Assembly: GCA_963756235.1 (NCBI GenBank)
Contig: CAVWNB010000004.1
Span: 1,413,913 to 1,477,912, forward strand
Length of the DNA: 64,000 nt
Source: an uncultured Solirubrobacteraceae bacterium
GTDB lineage: Bacteria; Actinomycetota; Thermoleophilia; Solirubrobacterales; Solirubrobacteraceae
Direction: 5' to 3'
The notes below the pieces were generated by a model. That model ran no database searches. It saw only the letters and a list, made by a program, of their open reading frames with translations, and was not told the origin of the DNA. How positions within the stretch are numbered: the first letter of the stretch is position 1; every line of letters begins with the position of its first letter. The translations under genes were made by a program, and so were the position numbers. This document shows, piece after piece, positions 1 to 9,228 of this stretch.

Positions 1-443
1 TCACACGCGAGCGTGGGGTCTGCGCGCAGCCGGTCGCGGAAGCGCAGGTGACGGTCGAGCTCGTGCTGCTCATCGACAAGATGCAGGTGGTGGGTGCGGT
101 GTGAGGCCGCCGGGTAGCAGAGCCAGCGACGGTGCGAGAGCGTCGCGTTATACGCGGGAGGGAACTGGTAGCCGGCGCGCTCGACCAACGCCACGATCGG
201 CGCGTCGATGTCGGGCACGAGCGCCATCATGTCGATGACGGGCTTCGCGGCCATGCCGGGCACGGCGGTCGAGCCGATGTGGTGGATGTCAGCACCGCCG
301 AGCAGGGGCGTGAGTCGCTGGCGCTCGGCCTCAAAGGACACCGGCCACGCAGGGTCATAGTCGATGATCTGCACCGGGGCGTTGGCTTCGCCAGCGCGCG
401 CGAGGTCCGCTGCTGCGGCTGCTTGGCGGTCAGCGAGTGCCAT
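1..443 (-). CDS. GrpB/UPF0157 family nucleotidyltransferase-like protein (3' end beyond window)
   Basis: Manual translation from ATG 443: ...VQIIDYDPAWP..FEAE..IHHIGSTAVPGMAAKPVIDMM...RTHHLHLV...RHLRFRDRLR, the typical GrpB motifs. Not in the ORF track because it runs off the edge. Confidence 0.85.
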   Translation of the reverse strand, partial: MALADRQAAAAADLARAGEANAPVQIIDYDPAWPVSFEAERQRLTPLLGGADIHHIGSTAVPGMAAKPVIDMMALVPDIDAPIVALVERAGYQFPPAYNATLSHRRWLCYPAASHRTHHLHLVDEQHELDRHLRFRDRLRADPTLAC

Positions 444-1326
444 CGCCGCCTTGTAGGGCGGCGAGCCGCGCCCGAACCTCGCTCGCATAGGAGGCGAGGG
501 CGGGGTCGTGGACCTCGTTGCGGTCGTGGTAGGCGAAGTAACGCGGCGCAAGGCGCGAGCTGCCATGCCGCGTCGTCTTTTGCTCGAACTCCTGGCGCGA
601 GCGGACGGCGTAGTGGTTGAGCCGCACTCGCCCGACCGATACGCGCTTGACCGACGAGCGGCGGACCGCATATGGGTCTGTCTCGATCAGCGGTAGCCGG
701 ACAAGGCCGCGTCGCATCCGGCGCGTCCAAGCCCGTTGCTCGATCACTCGCACGGGCTCCTGATCCTCTGTGACCGCTAGGGCTTCGTCTGTGTACTCGA
801 AGAAGTGCGGACCGATCGGCCGCACCGCGCGCTGCGGGTCCACGATGCTCTTGACGCGACGATTGCGAACCCATCGAGTCTGAGCGCGCCTGACGAAGCG
901 CTCGATCACGAGACCGTCGCCTGCTGTCGTTTGGCCGGACGAGCCGTAGACCTGCCAGTTGACGACGATGCCGGGGTGCTGCTCGTAGTCTCGGAGCAGG
1001 TCCGGTAGGGGCGTGGGGCCGGGCGAGAACAGGAACTCATCCAAGTCGATGAACGCCAGCCAGCGCGTGCGTCCTCGTGCTCGCCTCAGCGCGTCCGCGT
1101 AGGCCCAGCTCTGGCCGCCCTCGGCCAACGGGACCGAACAGTCAACAACGGACACGACGCCCGTGCGCACCCACGGCTCCACAACCTTGCGCCCGCCATC
1201 GATGCTGCCGTTGTCGTAGAGGAAGAACCGTTCGACGCCGACGAGCCGATGAAACTCGATCCACTCAGGCAGGTATGGCGCCTCGTCCTTGAAGATCGCG
1301 CAAATCGAAAGGTAGACAGACCTCAT
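430..1326 (-). CDS. glycosyltransferase family 92 (DUF23)-like protein
   Basis: LSICAIFKDEAPYLPEWIEFH..GVERFFLYDNGS, WLAFIDLDEFL (DxD), RLNHY. Confidence 0.85.
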   Translation of the reverse strand: MRSVYLSICAIFKDEAPYLPEWIEFHRLVGVERFFLYDNGSIDGGRKVVEPWVRTGVVSVVDCSVPLAEGGQSWAYADALRRARGRTRWLAFIDLDEFLFSPGPTPLPDLLRDYEQHPGIVVNWQVYGSSGQTTAGDGLVIERFVRRAQTRWVRNRRVKSIVDPQRAVRPIGPHFFEYTDEALAVTEDQEPVRVIEQRAWTRRMRRGLVRLPLIETDPYAVRRSSVKRVSVGRVRLNHYAVRSRQEFEQKTTRHGSSRLAPRYFAYHDRNEVHDPALASYASEVRARLAALQGGDGTR

Positions 1327-1489
1327 CGTGGAGACACGATAATGGGCGCGTTTGCCCTGCGACGAGTGCCGTGGACGAGCAGCAACTCCGGGCCATCAAA
1401 ACTGGCCCGAGGACTCGACGCACCTATGGCCGGTGATCCTCGCAGAGACGGTCGTCATCCACTCCACGCGCACGGGCTTATAGGGTGAC

Positions 1490-2164
1490 GTGATGGCCTC
1501 AACGCTGAGATCGCCGCGTGTTGTCGATGTCCTCGGGCGACTGTTCGCGCAAGTCGAGTTGCAGGACCCGTCGGCCAAGCGGCGCGTGCAGGACCGCGAG
1601 ATCGAGCTTGGCCGTCGCCTCTCTCAAGCGCAGCGATATGAACTCTATGGTGAGGCGCCGCTGGCGATAACGCGGGAGGTCGGTGAGCTGCTGTACGTGC
1701 TTACGGTGAGCCGTCGAGCCCGCAGCGTCGTGGAGTTCGGGTGTTCGCTCGGGCTGTCAACGATCTTTCTCGCAGCCGGCCTCCGCGACAACAACGACGG
1801 CGCGGGGTCGCTCATCACGACGGAGCTGCTTTCCGGCAAGGCAAAAACCGCGCGCGAGAAGTTGACGGAAGCGGGCCTAAACGATCTTGTCGAGCTGCGT
1901 GTTGGCGACGCCTTGCAGACTCTCGCCAACGTCACCGAGCCGGTCGATTTGCTGTTCCTAGACGGACGCAACGACCTGTACCTGCCAGTCCTTCGTCTCC
2001 TTGAGCCGCGCTTGGCCCCCGACGCGCTGGTGGCCGCCGACCTCAGCGTCGAGGACCCCGACCTGCTCCCCTATCTGGAGCACGTTCGTGAGCGTGCCCA
2101 AGGCTACTTCTCGATCAACCTGCCGCTTGACGCGGGCGTCGAGCTTTCCGTGCGGATCGCGTAG
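1490..2164 (+). CDS. class I SAM-dependent O-methyltransferase
   Basis: VVEFGCSLGLSTIFLA, GDALQTL, DLLFLDG motifs. Confidence 0.85.
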   Translation: MMASTLRSPRVVDVLGRLFAQVELQDPSAKRRVQDREIELGRRLSQAQRYELYGEAPLAITREVGELLYVLTVSRRARSVVEFGCSLGLSTIFLAAGLRDNNDGAGSLITTELLSGKAKTAREKLTEAGLNDLVELRVGDALQTLANVTEPVDLLFLDGRNDLYLPVLRLLEPRLAPDALVAADLSVEDPDLLPYLEHVRERAQGYFSINLPLDAGVELSVRIA

Positions 2165-2206
2165 CTGCTCCTCGTTCAATCTCGACCGCACCTTCATAAT
2201 CGGCGA

Positions 2207-2752
2207 GTGGATCACCCTCGGAGAAATATCGAGCTTAAGGCGCGTGACCCGGACCCGTCCGCGTCGTTGGAGGTCTGCCGAGCCCTCGGCGCAGCCGATC
2301 ATGGCGAGATACGGCAGTGCGACACCTATTTCAACGTGACCCGCGGTGGTCTTAAGCTCCGTGAGGAGAGCCCAGGCCGCCCCCACTTGATCCAGTTCGT
2401 TCGTGCGAACGAACCGCAGCAACGCGAAAGCCAGTACCGCATCATCGAGGTAGACAACGGCAGCGTGCTACGAGCGGCGCTTACGGAGGCGATCGGCATA
2501 CGAGAGGTAGTCGAGAAGCGACGGCGCCTACTCCTGTGGCGTGATGTCCGTATCCATCTCGATCGTGTCGAGCAGCTTGGCGATTTCGTCGAGCTAGAGG
2601 CCGTCGCGCCCGCAGACTCCGACCTCGCTACCGAGCACCGGCTGATTGAGGAGCTTCGGGCCGCGCTCTCCATCACCGACGATCGCCTTGTCAGCCTTGG
2701 CTACGCAGCGCTTCTGCCCGGCCCCACGGCTGGTCGGGCGGCGCCGTCGTGA
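2207..2752 (+). CDS. CYTH domain / class IV adenylate cyclase family protein
   Basis: NIELKAR (ExExK-like), QCDTYF, LKLRE, VVEKRR, IHLDRV..LGDFVELE. Confidence 0.85.
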   Translation: MDHPRRNIELKARDPDPSASLEVCRALGAADHGEIRQCDTYFNVTRGGLKLREESPGRPHLIQFVRANEPQQRESQYRIIEVDNGSVLRAALTEAIGIREVVEKRRRLLLWRDVRIHLDRVEQLGDFVELEAVAPADSDLATEHRLIEELRAALSITDDRLVSLGYAALLPGPTAGRAAPS

Positions 2753-2795
2753 GAGCCCGAGCAGCCGCAGACGGCGGGTGATAGCTTCGCGGTCC

Positions 2796-3230
2796 ATGAA
2801 GGCTGCTACACCGCTGAAGGATGGGCGTCGCCCGGTGTGGCTGCCGTGGACGGCCGGACCCCACGAGGACACACCGGCGACGGTGCTGGTGAGCCTCACA
2901 GAGTTCAGGGCGCACGCTTGGCGTGATCTGCCCGGCATGGCTTGGGTCGCGCTCGGACTCCGGGCTGGCTGGTACGGGCTTCCAGGCGCGGTGGGCTTGT
3001 ACCTCTGGGCCGACATACCGCGGCGGTGCGTGGGCTCGCTCTCGGTGTGGACCGACGCGGCGGACCTACGGCGGTGGATCGGACTGCCGCGCCACGTCGA
3101 AGTCATGCGCCAGTACAGGCCACGCGGCACGGCGCGCTCTACCAAGTGGACGTGCGAGACGTTCGACCAATCAGCGATCCTCGCCGAGGGGAAGCGGCGT
3201 CTCGCCAGCGGAGAGCTTGACAGCGTGTAG
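2796..3230 (+). CDS. ABM-fold (DUF3291-like) protein
   Basis: GSLSVWTDAADLRRW...HVEVMRQYR pattern. Start chosen at ATG 2796 inside ORF 2646..3230. Confidence 0.55.
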   Translation: MKAATPLKDGRRPVWLPWTAGPHEDTPATVLVSLTEFRAHAWRDLPGMAWVALGLRAGWYGLPGAVGLYLWADIPRRCVGSLSVWTDAADLRRWIGLPRHVEVMRQYRPRGTARSTKWTCETFDQSAILAEGKRRLASGELDSV

Positions 3231-3272
3231 TCGGCGCGGTGCTCCGCGTGGTGCAGCCGTCCGTCCATCGCG

Positions 3273-3947
3273 TTGCGAGCGCGCGTAGAGGCGAAGCTCG
3301 ACCGCTCAGCGAACCTGCTGCACGCTAAGGGCGGCGGACGAACCGCGCCTGATGCTGCTGGCGCTCGTAGCCGGCGCGGGTCCGGGCGAGACAGGAACTC
3401 ATCCAGGTCGATGAAAGCCAGCCAGCGCGGCCAGCCAGCGCGGAACGAGTATCTGTGCGTAAGCTGGTTAAGGATGATGGACCCCGCCGCGGGCACGAGC
3501 ACGAGCAGTCGAGCCATACGATGTAGGGGGTCGCTGGATGGGCTCCGCAGCGCCGGCGCTCAGGACATCGGCTCTGTCCTGAGCTTGTGGAAGGTGGCCG
3601 GTGGCCCGTCGAGCGTGAGCGACACGCCGGAGGCCCTTGCTCATCTATTGACCCGCGATCCTGGTGCGTTGCTCGTCGCAGAGTCGGGCAGCGTTGTCGT
3701 CGCCTCGCTGATCGCAGCGTGGGATGGGTGGCGTGGCAGCTTCTACAAGCTCGTTGTGCATCCCGAGCATCGGCGACGGGGCATAGCGACAAAGTTGCTG
3801 CGGGAGGGCGAGCACCGCCTGCGATCCCAGGGCGCTATGAGGCTGACCGCGATCGTGCTTGGGGATGACCCGACTGCGATGGCATTTTGGGAGGCTGCGG
3901 GATACCTGCGCCGGTCCGAGCAAACTCGATATATCCAAAACGTTTAG
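3273..3947 (+). CDS. GNAT N-acetyltransferase (true start probably near 3500-3540)
   Basis: WDGWRGSFYKLVVHPEHRRRGIATKLL, AMAFWEAAGY. Confidence 0.8.
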   Translation: MRARVEAKLDRSANLLHAKGGGRTAPDAAGARSRRGSGRDRNSSRSMKASQRGQPARNEYLCVSWLRMMDPAAGTSTSSRAIRCRGSLDGLRSAGAQDIGSVLSLWKVAGGPSSVSDTPEALAHLLTRDPGALLVAESGSVVVASLIAAWDGWRGSFYKLVVHPEHRRRGIATKLLREGEHRLRSQGAMRLTAIVLGDDPTAMAFWEAAGYLRRSEQTRYIQNV

Positions 3948-4482
3948 GAGGCGTCGGACGTACAACGTTGACGCATCTCTTGGCGAGCTTGTCGAGTCCG
4001 TGCGAGCCCTGCCCTATGGTCGCCCGAGTGATCGCACGGTCGTGGGGATGCTTCGCGAGCGTCGTGGCACCTGCTCCACTAAGCACTTGTTTCTCGCCGA
4101 AGCATTGGCTGAGCGGTTCCCCGAGACCGCCCCGCTTATCGTGCACCGCGTCTACACGCTCGATCGCACTCGGGCGCGCGATCTGTTCGGCGCCACCGTC
4201 GCCGATGCCGTCCCTGAGCATGGGCTGGTTGATGTCCACCGCTACATCACGATCACGCTGAAAGGGGAGCGCATCGTGATCGACGCGACGTTCCCCGGAC
4301 CGGCATGGGATCGACAATCTCCACTGCCCCTCGCCTGCGGACCTGGGCAGGACTACCCGGCGGGCGATGACCCGGAGGCCGAGAAGCGAGCGCTTGAGGA
4401 ACAGCACTGCGACCACACGATCCGTGAGCCGTTCATCGCCGCCCTCGCTGAAAACGGCTCGGGTCTACGCCTCGATTTGTGA
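3859..4482 (+). CDS. transglutaminase-like hypothetical protein (start probably ~3967)
   Basis: GTCSTKH, DVHRY and IDAT give a Cys-His-Asp triad pattern. Confidence 0.55.
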   Translation: MGMTRLRWHFGRLRDTCAGPSKLDISKTFRRRRTYNVDASLGELVESVRALPYGRPSDRTVVGMLRERRGTCSTKHLFLAEALAERFPETAPLIVHRVYTLDRTRARDLFGATVADAVPEHGLVDVHRYITITLKGERIVIDATFPGPAWDRQSPLPLACGPGQDYPAGDDPEAEKRALEEQHCDHTIREPFIAALAENGSGLRLDL

Positions 4483-4682
4483 TTCCAGTGCGAGCGCGGG
4501 CCGCGATCATCACCGTCTGCGACGGGCTCGTCGTCCGTTACCTGCTCCACGGACGCGCCGCCCGACCGACGGACGTCGCCCATCTAGCCGCAGAAGCACT
4601 CTCGTCGGCGCTCTGACGAACGCGATCCCTAGCGCCGCGCAAAGTTCTTGGCCGGTGCGGCGCGGTGTGGGTCTACACGAGC

Positions 4683-4895
4683 ATGGAGACACCATCAACA
4701 GCGAACCCGCCGGCTGTATTGACCGAGGATCGACTCCTGCGCCCGGAGCAGGCCGCTTGGTATCTCAACGTCAAGACAAGCTGGGTCTATGAGGCCGTGC
4801 GGACTGGTCGCCTGCCATGCCATCGAGTAGGACGGCACATCCGCTTCACGCGCCCCATGCTCGATGACTGGCTTACCGAGCAACCGCGCCGGTAG
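4683..4895 (+). CDS. excisionase-like HTH_17 DNA-binding protein
   Basis: LLRPEQAAWYLNVKTSWVYEAVRTGRLPCHRVGRHIRF..MLDDWL. Confidence 0.85.
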   Translation: METPSTANPPAVLTEDRLLRPEQAAWYLNVKTSWVYEAVRTGRLPCHRVGRHIRFTRPMLDDWLTEQPRR

Positions 4896-4978
4896 CAAGG
4901 CTAGCGGTCGGTGAGCACGATACCCAGCCCCGGCCCGCTCAACATCGTCAGCACGACCGGCGAATAAGCTGCTGTTCG

Positions 4979-5539
4979 GTGTCTGGATCTCGTGCGGAGC
5001 TTGGCAAGCGCATCTACGAGCGCGCCCGTATCACGGGCGAGTTCCGGCTGCGCTCCGGCGCCGTGAGCCACGAATACTTCGACAAGTACCGATTCGAGTC
5101 AGACCCACGCCTGCTGCGCGAGATCGCCGTCGAGCTGGTCGGCCTGTTGCCCGCTGGTGTGGACGTGCTCGCCGGTCTTGAGCTGGGTGGCGTGCCGCTC
5201 ACCGTCGTCGCCTCCCAGGTATGCGGCCTACCAGCCGTATTCGTCCGCAAGGCCGCCAAGACCTACGGGACGTGTCGCCTCGCCGAGGGCGGAGAGATCA
5301 CAGCTCGCCGGGTCGCCGTCATCGAGGATGTCGTGACCTCGGGCGGGCAGGCCATCGAGTCGTGCCGGGAGCTGCGAACGCGCGGGGCCGACATCTCGGC
5401 GGTGCTGTGCGTGATCGACCGCGAAGCCGGCGGCCGGGAGAACCTTGCCGCCGAGGGCCTTGACCTGCGCTCGCTGTTCACGATGAGCCAGCTGCGAGAG
5501 GGCCACTCCACCGATCCCTACCGAGCAGCGCACTCTTGA
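4979..5539 (+). CDS. pyrE: orotate phosphoribosyltransferase
   Basis: GEFRLRSG...YFDKY, GLELGGVP, FVRKAAKTYG, VIEDVVTSGG PRPP-binding motif. Confidence 0.9.
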   Translation: MSGSRAELGKRIYERARITGEFRLRSGAVSHEYFDKYRFESDPRLLREIAVELVGLLPAGVDVLAGLELGGVPLTVVASQVCGLPAVFVRKAAKTYGTCRLAEGGEITARRVAVIEDVVTSGGQAIESCRELRTRGADISAVLCVIDREAGGRENLAAEGLDLRSLFTMSQLREGHSTDPYRAAHS

Positions 5540-6066
5540 GGCTCGATCGCAAGCACGCATTGATCCTGTTTGGCATCGCCACCGTCGCGTTCACGGTGAT
5601 CCTCGAACTGATTGACCCGTCGCACGTTTCACACGGGCCAACGATCCTCGACTTCGAGTTCGCGGGCAGTCAAACTCGCGCGGCGCAGATCGTCTCTGAA
5701 TGGGGAGCGAGAGGCCGCAGCGCCGCGCACCTCTCGCTCGTGCTCGACTACGGTTACATGCTCTCCTACGGTCTGTTTTTCGCGCTCGCCGGCTTCGCCA
5801 TCCGCGACACCGCGCGAGCACACAGCTGGCGGCGCCTCGCGGCCATTGGCGTCGTCGTCCCCTTCTTCGCCCTCGCTGCCGCGACGTTTGACGCGAGCGA
5901 AAACGTCGCCCTGCTGCTCACACTCGCCGGCGACGGCGGCAGCTTCGCCCCGCCGTTCGCCGCCGTCTGCTCTGCGATCAAGTTCACGCTCATCAGCATC
6001 GCCATCCTCTACCTGCTCTGCGGTCTCACGCTTCGGCTCAGAGTCCGTCTCTTGCAGCCGAGCTGA
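5536..6066 (+). CDS. membrane protein, hypothetical
   Basis: Four hydrophobic segments; overlaps the pyrE stop (TTGA). Confidence 0.7.
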   Translation: MRLDRKHALILFGIATVAFTVILELIDPSHVSHGPTILDFEFAGSQTRAAQIVSEWGARGRSAAHLSLVLDYGYMLSYGLFFALAGFAIRDTARAHSWRRLAAIGVVVPFFALAAATFDASENVALLLTLAGDGGSFAPPFAAVCSAIKFTLISIAILYLLCGLTLRLRVRLLQPS

Positions 6067-6116
6067 TCCGTGAAGCGGGCGCTGTTCGACCTCGATGACG
6101 CGCCCGAGCGGCCAGG

Positions 6117-6374
6117 TCATACGCCGATCAGCCAAAGCCCGTCAAGGTGGCGGGCGCAGCGCGACGCTAGGACGCAAGCGTCGAGCGACACCAACGCTCC
6201 TTGCTGCTCCAAATGCTTCACGGCGCTGCTGAGTAACGTGGGCTCGACGCCGATTTCGGCTTGCAGCTCAGCGAGTGACCATCTCTCGTCGTGGTCGTCG
6301 CGGAGAAGCTGTAGGACGATGGCGCGCTCGGCGATCTCCAGCGGTCCGGGGTTGCGTTCGTTACGTTCGGGCAT
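6117..6374 (-). CDS. small winged-helix protein
   Basis: ERAIVLQLL...WSLAELQAEIG...AVKHLEQQGAL; resembles both halves of 12067..12573. Confidence 0.7.
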   Translation of the reverse strand: MPERNERNPGPLEIAERAIVLQLLRDDHDERWSLAELQAEIGVEPTLLSSAVKHLEQQGALVSLDACVLASRCARHLDGLWLIGV

Positions 6375-6535
6375 CGGGAATCTCTAGCGCACGCGGCGCG
6401 AGGATCGCCAAGACGACGCCGGATGCCGCCGCTGGCACCGGCGGCGAGAGAGCCAGCCTCCCGACGGCGAGGCCGCGTCGGTGCAGCATCGCGGCACGAA
6501 TCGACAGGCGCCGCGTCTCAATGGGTTTGGTCGCA

Positions 6536-7183
6536 TCATGGGCAGTCGTCGTCCACTTCCCTATAGAACGCGCGGCGGGAATCGCTGTGCCGGCCTGATG
6601 GGTCCTCGATGTCTGCGTGCGCGTCGTCGGGCTCAGGCCACTCGCGCACGCAGTAGGTCATCGACCCGTACCGCTCGCATCGCTTCAACAGGCGACGGCA
6701 GAGGTCGAACCAGGCATCGGAGTCGCCACCGTCGGTGTCGAGCAGATTGCTTGCCTCGCTGAGAGCGCCGCGCAGCTGCTCGCGGATTCCCTCGATTCGT
6801 CCCTCAGCGGTCGCTCGCGCTTCCCGCCATAGGCGATGTTGCGGAGACTCCGGCAGCCGCAAGTCCTCACGTTTGCGCCGCGCTTTTGCGAGCTGCTTGC
6901 GCCCGTCGCTCGTCAGCCTCCAAACGGTGTAGCCGCGGGCCTTGTGGTGCTCGACCAATCCGGCGGCTCTGAGCCGCGAGAGCTGCGGGCGCAGCTTGAA
7001 GGTTGTAGCTGGCGCATGGATGAACCCGAGATGTTCGACCAGGCGGCTCCAGAGGACGCCGTAGTCGTATCCGTTCGGGTTGTGGCGTTGGGCGCGATCC
7101 ATCGCGGCAAGTACCAGGGCGTCGGAGACGGGTGTGTACGGCCCGAGCTCAGATGGTTGCGCGGCGCTCGTCATACGCACCAC
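6536..7183 (-). CDS. hypothetical protein with winged-helix N-terminus
   Basis: LSRLRAAGLVEH...VWRLTSDGRKQL. Confidence 0.65.
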   Translation of the reverse strand: MVRMTSAAQPSELGPYTPVSDALVLAAMDRAQRHNPNGYDYGVLWSRLVEHLGFIHAPATTFKLRPQLSRLRAAGLVEHHKARGYTVWRLTSDGRKQLAKARRKREDLRLPESPQHRLWREARATAEGRIEGIREQLRGALSEASNLLDTDGGDSDAWFDLCRRLLKRCERYGSMTYCVREWPEPDDAHADIEDPSGRHSDSRRAFYREVDDDCP

Positions 7184-7389
7184 GCCGGCCCGTCGTCCGC
7201 AGGGAGCAGATGCACGACGTTTGCCCGCTCGACCTCCCGATAGTCGGCCAGTAGGCCGCGATGCTCAGTCATTGGGACTCTCCTTCGGATCGGCCGAAGA
7301 AGCCACCGCCCGGCGAGCATCACCGGACGGGGCCGTGCTGCGATAGCTACGGTTTCGTCCTGTGGCGCCGAAGGAGGATTCTTCGGTGT

Positions 7390-7427
7390 CCATAGGCCGG
7401 GCGGGTGTTAGTAGCACTCGTCCGGCC
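7390..7427 (-). repeat. family C hairpin (CTAA loop), copy 1
   Basis: Minus strand GGCCGG-ACGA-GTG-CTACTAA-CAC-CCGC-CCGGCC-TATGG; same architecture at 9092 and 12594. Confidence 0.5.
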
Positions 7428-7489
7428 ACTCGATTTTGTTGGCTGGCGGCAGCCGCCAATGGGGAAAGTGGACTCGTTCTGTTCTGCGG

Positions 7490-7516
7490 TTATAGCTTAT
7501 CAGCCATAGACTAGGG
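7490..7516 (+). promoter_or_regulatory. operator TATRGC-N6-GCCATAG overlapping a TAGACT -10 box, copy 1
   Basis: ttatagcttatcagccatagactaggg upstream of XRE gene 1. Confidence 0.6.
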
Positions 7517-7542
7517 CGTCCACACCGGGAAAGCTCCGAAGT

Positions 7543-7764
7543 GTGGAGCCGTTGGAGACATTCGCCGCGAACATCAAGCGGCTACGCCATGAGCGCAAGC
7601 TGACGCAGGAACGCTTGGCCGACAAAGCCGGCCTGGCGTTGAGCGACATCGCGCGGATCGAGACGCTGCGACGCGATCCAGGCGTCAAGGTCGCGGCGAA
7701 GATCGCGCACGGGCTCGGCGTGCCGACAAGCAAGCTGTTCGAGCGCGTCAAGCACCATCCTTAG
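7543..7764 (+). CDS. XRE-family HTH regulator, copy 1
   Basis: FAANIKRLRHERKLTQERLADKAGL..SDIARIETLRRDPG...KIAHGLGV. Confidence 0.9.
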   Translation: MEPLETFAANIKRLRHERKLTQERLADKAGLALSDIARIETLRRDPGVKVAAKIAHGLGVPTSKLFERVKHHP

Positions 7765-7898
7765 CCAAGGACCGAAGTCGGTTGTCTGCGACGGGCGTGT
7801 CCCCTCCCCCGGCCCTGCCCGGAAGGGCTTGGCGCTCGCGGTGGGAATGACCTACGATGAGCGGCGGCCAGCCTTCGCGCTTCATTCGAGCCCACGGG

Positions 7899-7925
7899 TT
7901 ATGGCTTATCGGCCATAGACCGGGG
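7899..7925 (+). promoter_or_regulatory. operator copy 2
   Basis: ttatggcttatcggccatagaccgggg upstream of XRE gene 2. Confidence 0.6.
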
Positions 7926-7950
7926 GGTCGCCGCCGTGCAGGCTGCGGGC

Positions 7951-8172
7951 ATGGAGCCATTGGAGACATTCGCCGCGAACGTCAAGCGCCTACGCCATGA
8001 GCGCAAGCTGACGCAGGAAGACTTGGCTGACAAAGCCGGCCTGGCGTTGAGCGACATCGCGAGGATCGAGACGCTGCGACGCGATCCGGGCGTCAAGGTC
8101 GCGGCGAAGATCGCGCACGGGCTCGGCGTGCCGACAAGCAAGCTGTTCGAGGGCGTCAAGCACCATCCCTAA
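7951..8172 (+). CDS. XRE-family HTH regulator, copy 2 (near identical)
   Basis: Differs from copy 1 at only about three residues (I/V, R/D, R/G). Confidence 0.9.
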   Translation: MEPLETFAANVKRLRHERKLTQEDLADKAGLALSDIARIETLRRDPGVKVAAKIAHGLGVPTSKLFEGVKHHP

Positions 8173-8237
8173 GCGTCTGCGGCGCGGATCGGTGGCAGCG
8201 GCGCCGACCGCGCCCCGGCACCTTCGCACTTGTGCGC

Positions 8238-8264
8238 CTATGGCCGATTAGCCATAGACTAGGG
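8238..8264 (+). promoter_or_regulatory. operator copy 3 (perfect CTATGGC-N6-GCCATAG)
   Basis: ctatggccgattagccatagactaggg. Confidence 0.6.
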
Positions 8265-8356
8265 CCGCGCCGACGCTGATCCGATGGCGTAGCGTGTCCC
8301 GATCCTCGGGACCGGCGTTTAGCCGGGCCAAATGCGAGAAAGGAAGCTGCGAGCGA

Positions 8357-8664
8357 TGACAACGACCCTTGCTCCCCCACGCAGCGGCGCACGATCAACC
8401 TCCCGCCTGACGCACGAGCCGCGTGAGGACTGGCCGATCGCGGTGATAGGCGGCGCGGCCGTCGAAGACGCGCCACTCGTCGTAGCGCGCCGACCACGCT
8501 ACGCGCACATCGAAGCCCGCCGCCGCTTCTGGCTTCTCGACGCGGCTCGCCGTGACGCCGTTCTCGGCTCCGACGCCGCGTTCCTCGTGAGTTTCCTGAT
8601 TGCCTGGGTCTTGTCGGGTGTGATGGCGTACTTCTATGCGCTCTGGACGATCGGGCCGGTTTGA
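8357..8664 (+). CDS. hypothetical protein with C-terminal TM helix (start approximate)
   Basis: ORF 8332..8664; gaaaggaag RBS-like sequence before MTTTL; hydrophobic C-terminus. Confidence 0.45.
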
Positions 8665-8709
8665 CGCCCCAAGACCCCGGCGATCCACACGCCTGACCCG
8701 ATCACGCCT

Positions 8710-8974
8710 CATGGGGAGCACACGCACGCCGGTCGCGGAGGTTCTTGCGATGCACCGGCGCTACGAGCAGGAGAGGGTGTCGATGCGGGTGCTCGCCGAC
8801 GAGCGCGGGTGCTCGCGCGCGTGGATCGCCCAACTGTTCGCGGCCAACGATCTTCCGGTGCGTAGCGGCAACCGCAAGTGTTCGCCGGGGTGCGCCTGCA
8901 AGCGGCACAGCGCCGAGTTCAGCGAGAGGGTCAGCGTCACACAGAAACGACGGTGGGCGAAGCTGCAAGCCTGA
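8710..8974 (+). CDS. small HTH protein with Cys/His-rich tail (start approximate)
   Basis: SMRVLADERGCSRAWIAQLF HTH followed by CSPGCACKRH. Confidence 0.5.
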
Positions 8975-9091
8975 CCGGCCGCCTATGTAGGTGGGTACGC
9001 TCGCGGCCGCGACAGCGGCGTGCGCTCGGTACTCCATACCGAGGCGAGGTCTCGCGGCTGAGGCGTATTGTCTGCACTACATATGAAAGGT

Positions 9092-9125
9092 GCCCCCGCG
9101 CTGCGCTAACAGCCGGGGGCGTGGC
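9092..9125 (+). repeat. family C hairpin, copy 2
   Basis: GCCCCCG-CG-CTG-CGCTAA-CAG-C-CGGGGGC-GTGGC, ~100 nt upstream of the 9229 gene. Confidence 0.5.
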
Positions 9126-9228
9126 GACGGAGCCGAGACCCCGCCGCGCGGGGGACCATAACGGAGCCTCAGCGTGGCCCTGAGACGACGCCAACCGACG
9201 CCTCCTACCGAGATAAGGAGGATCGAAG

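Noticed and set aside
4495-4618. Possible TetR C-terminal remnant (IITVCDGLVVRYLLHG)
   Set aside because: Too short to support a call.
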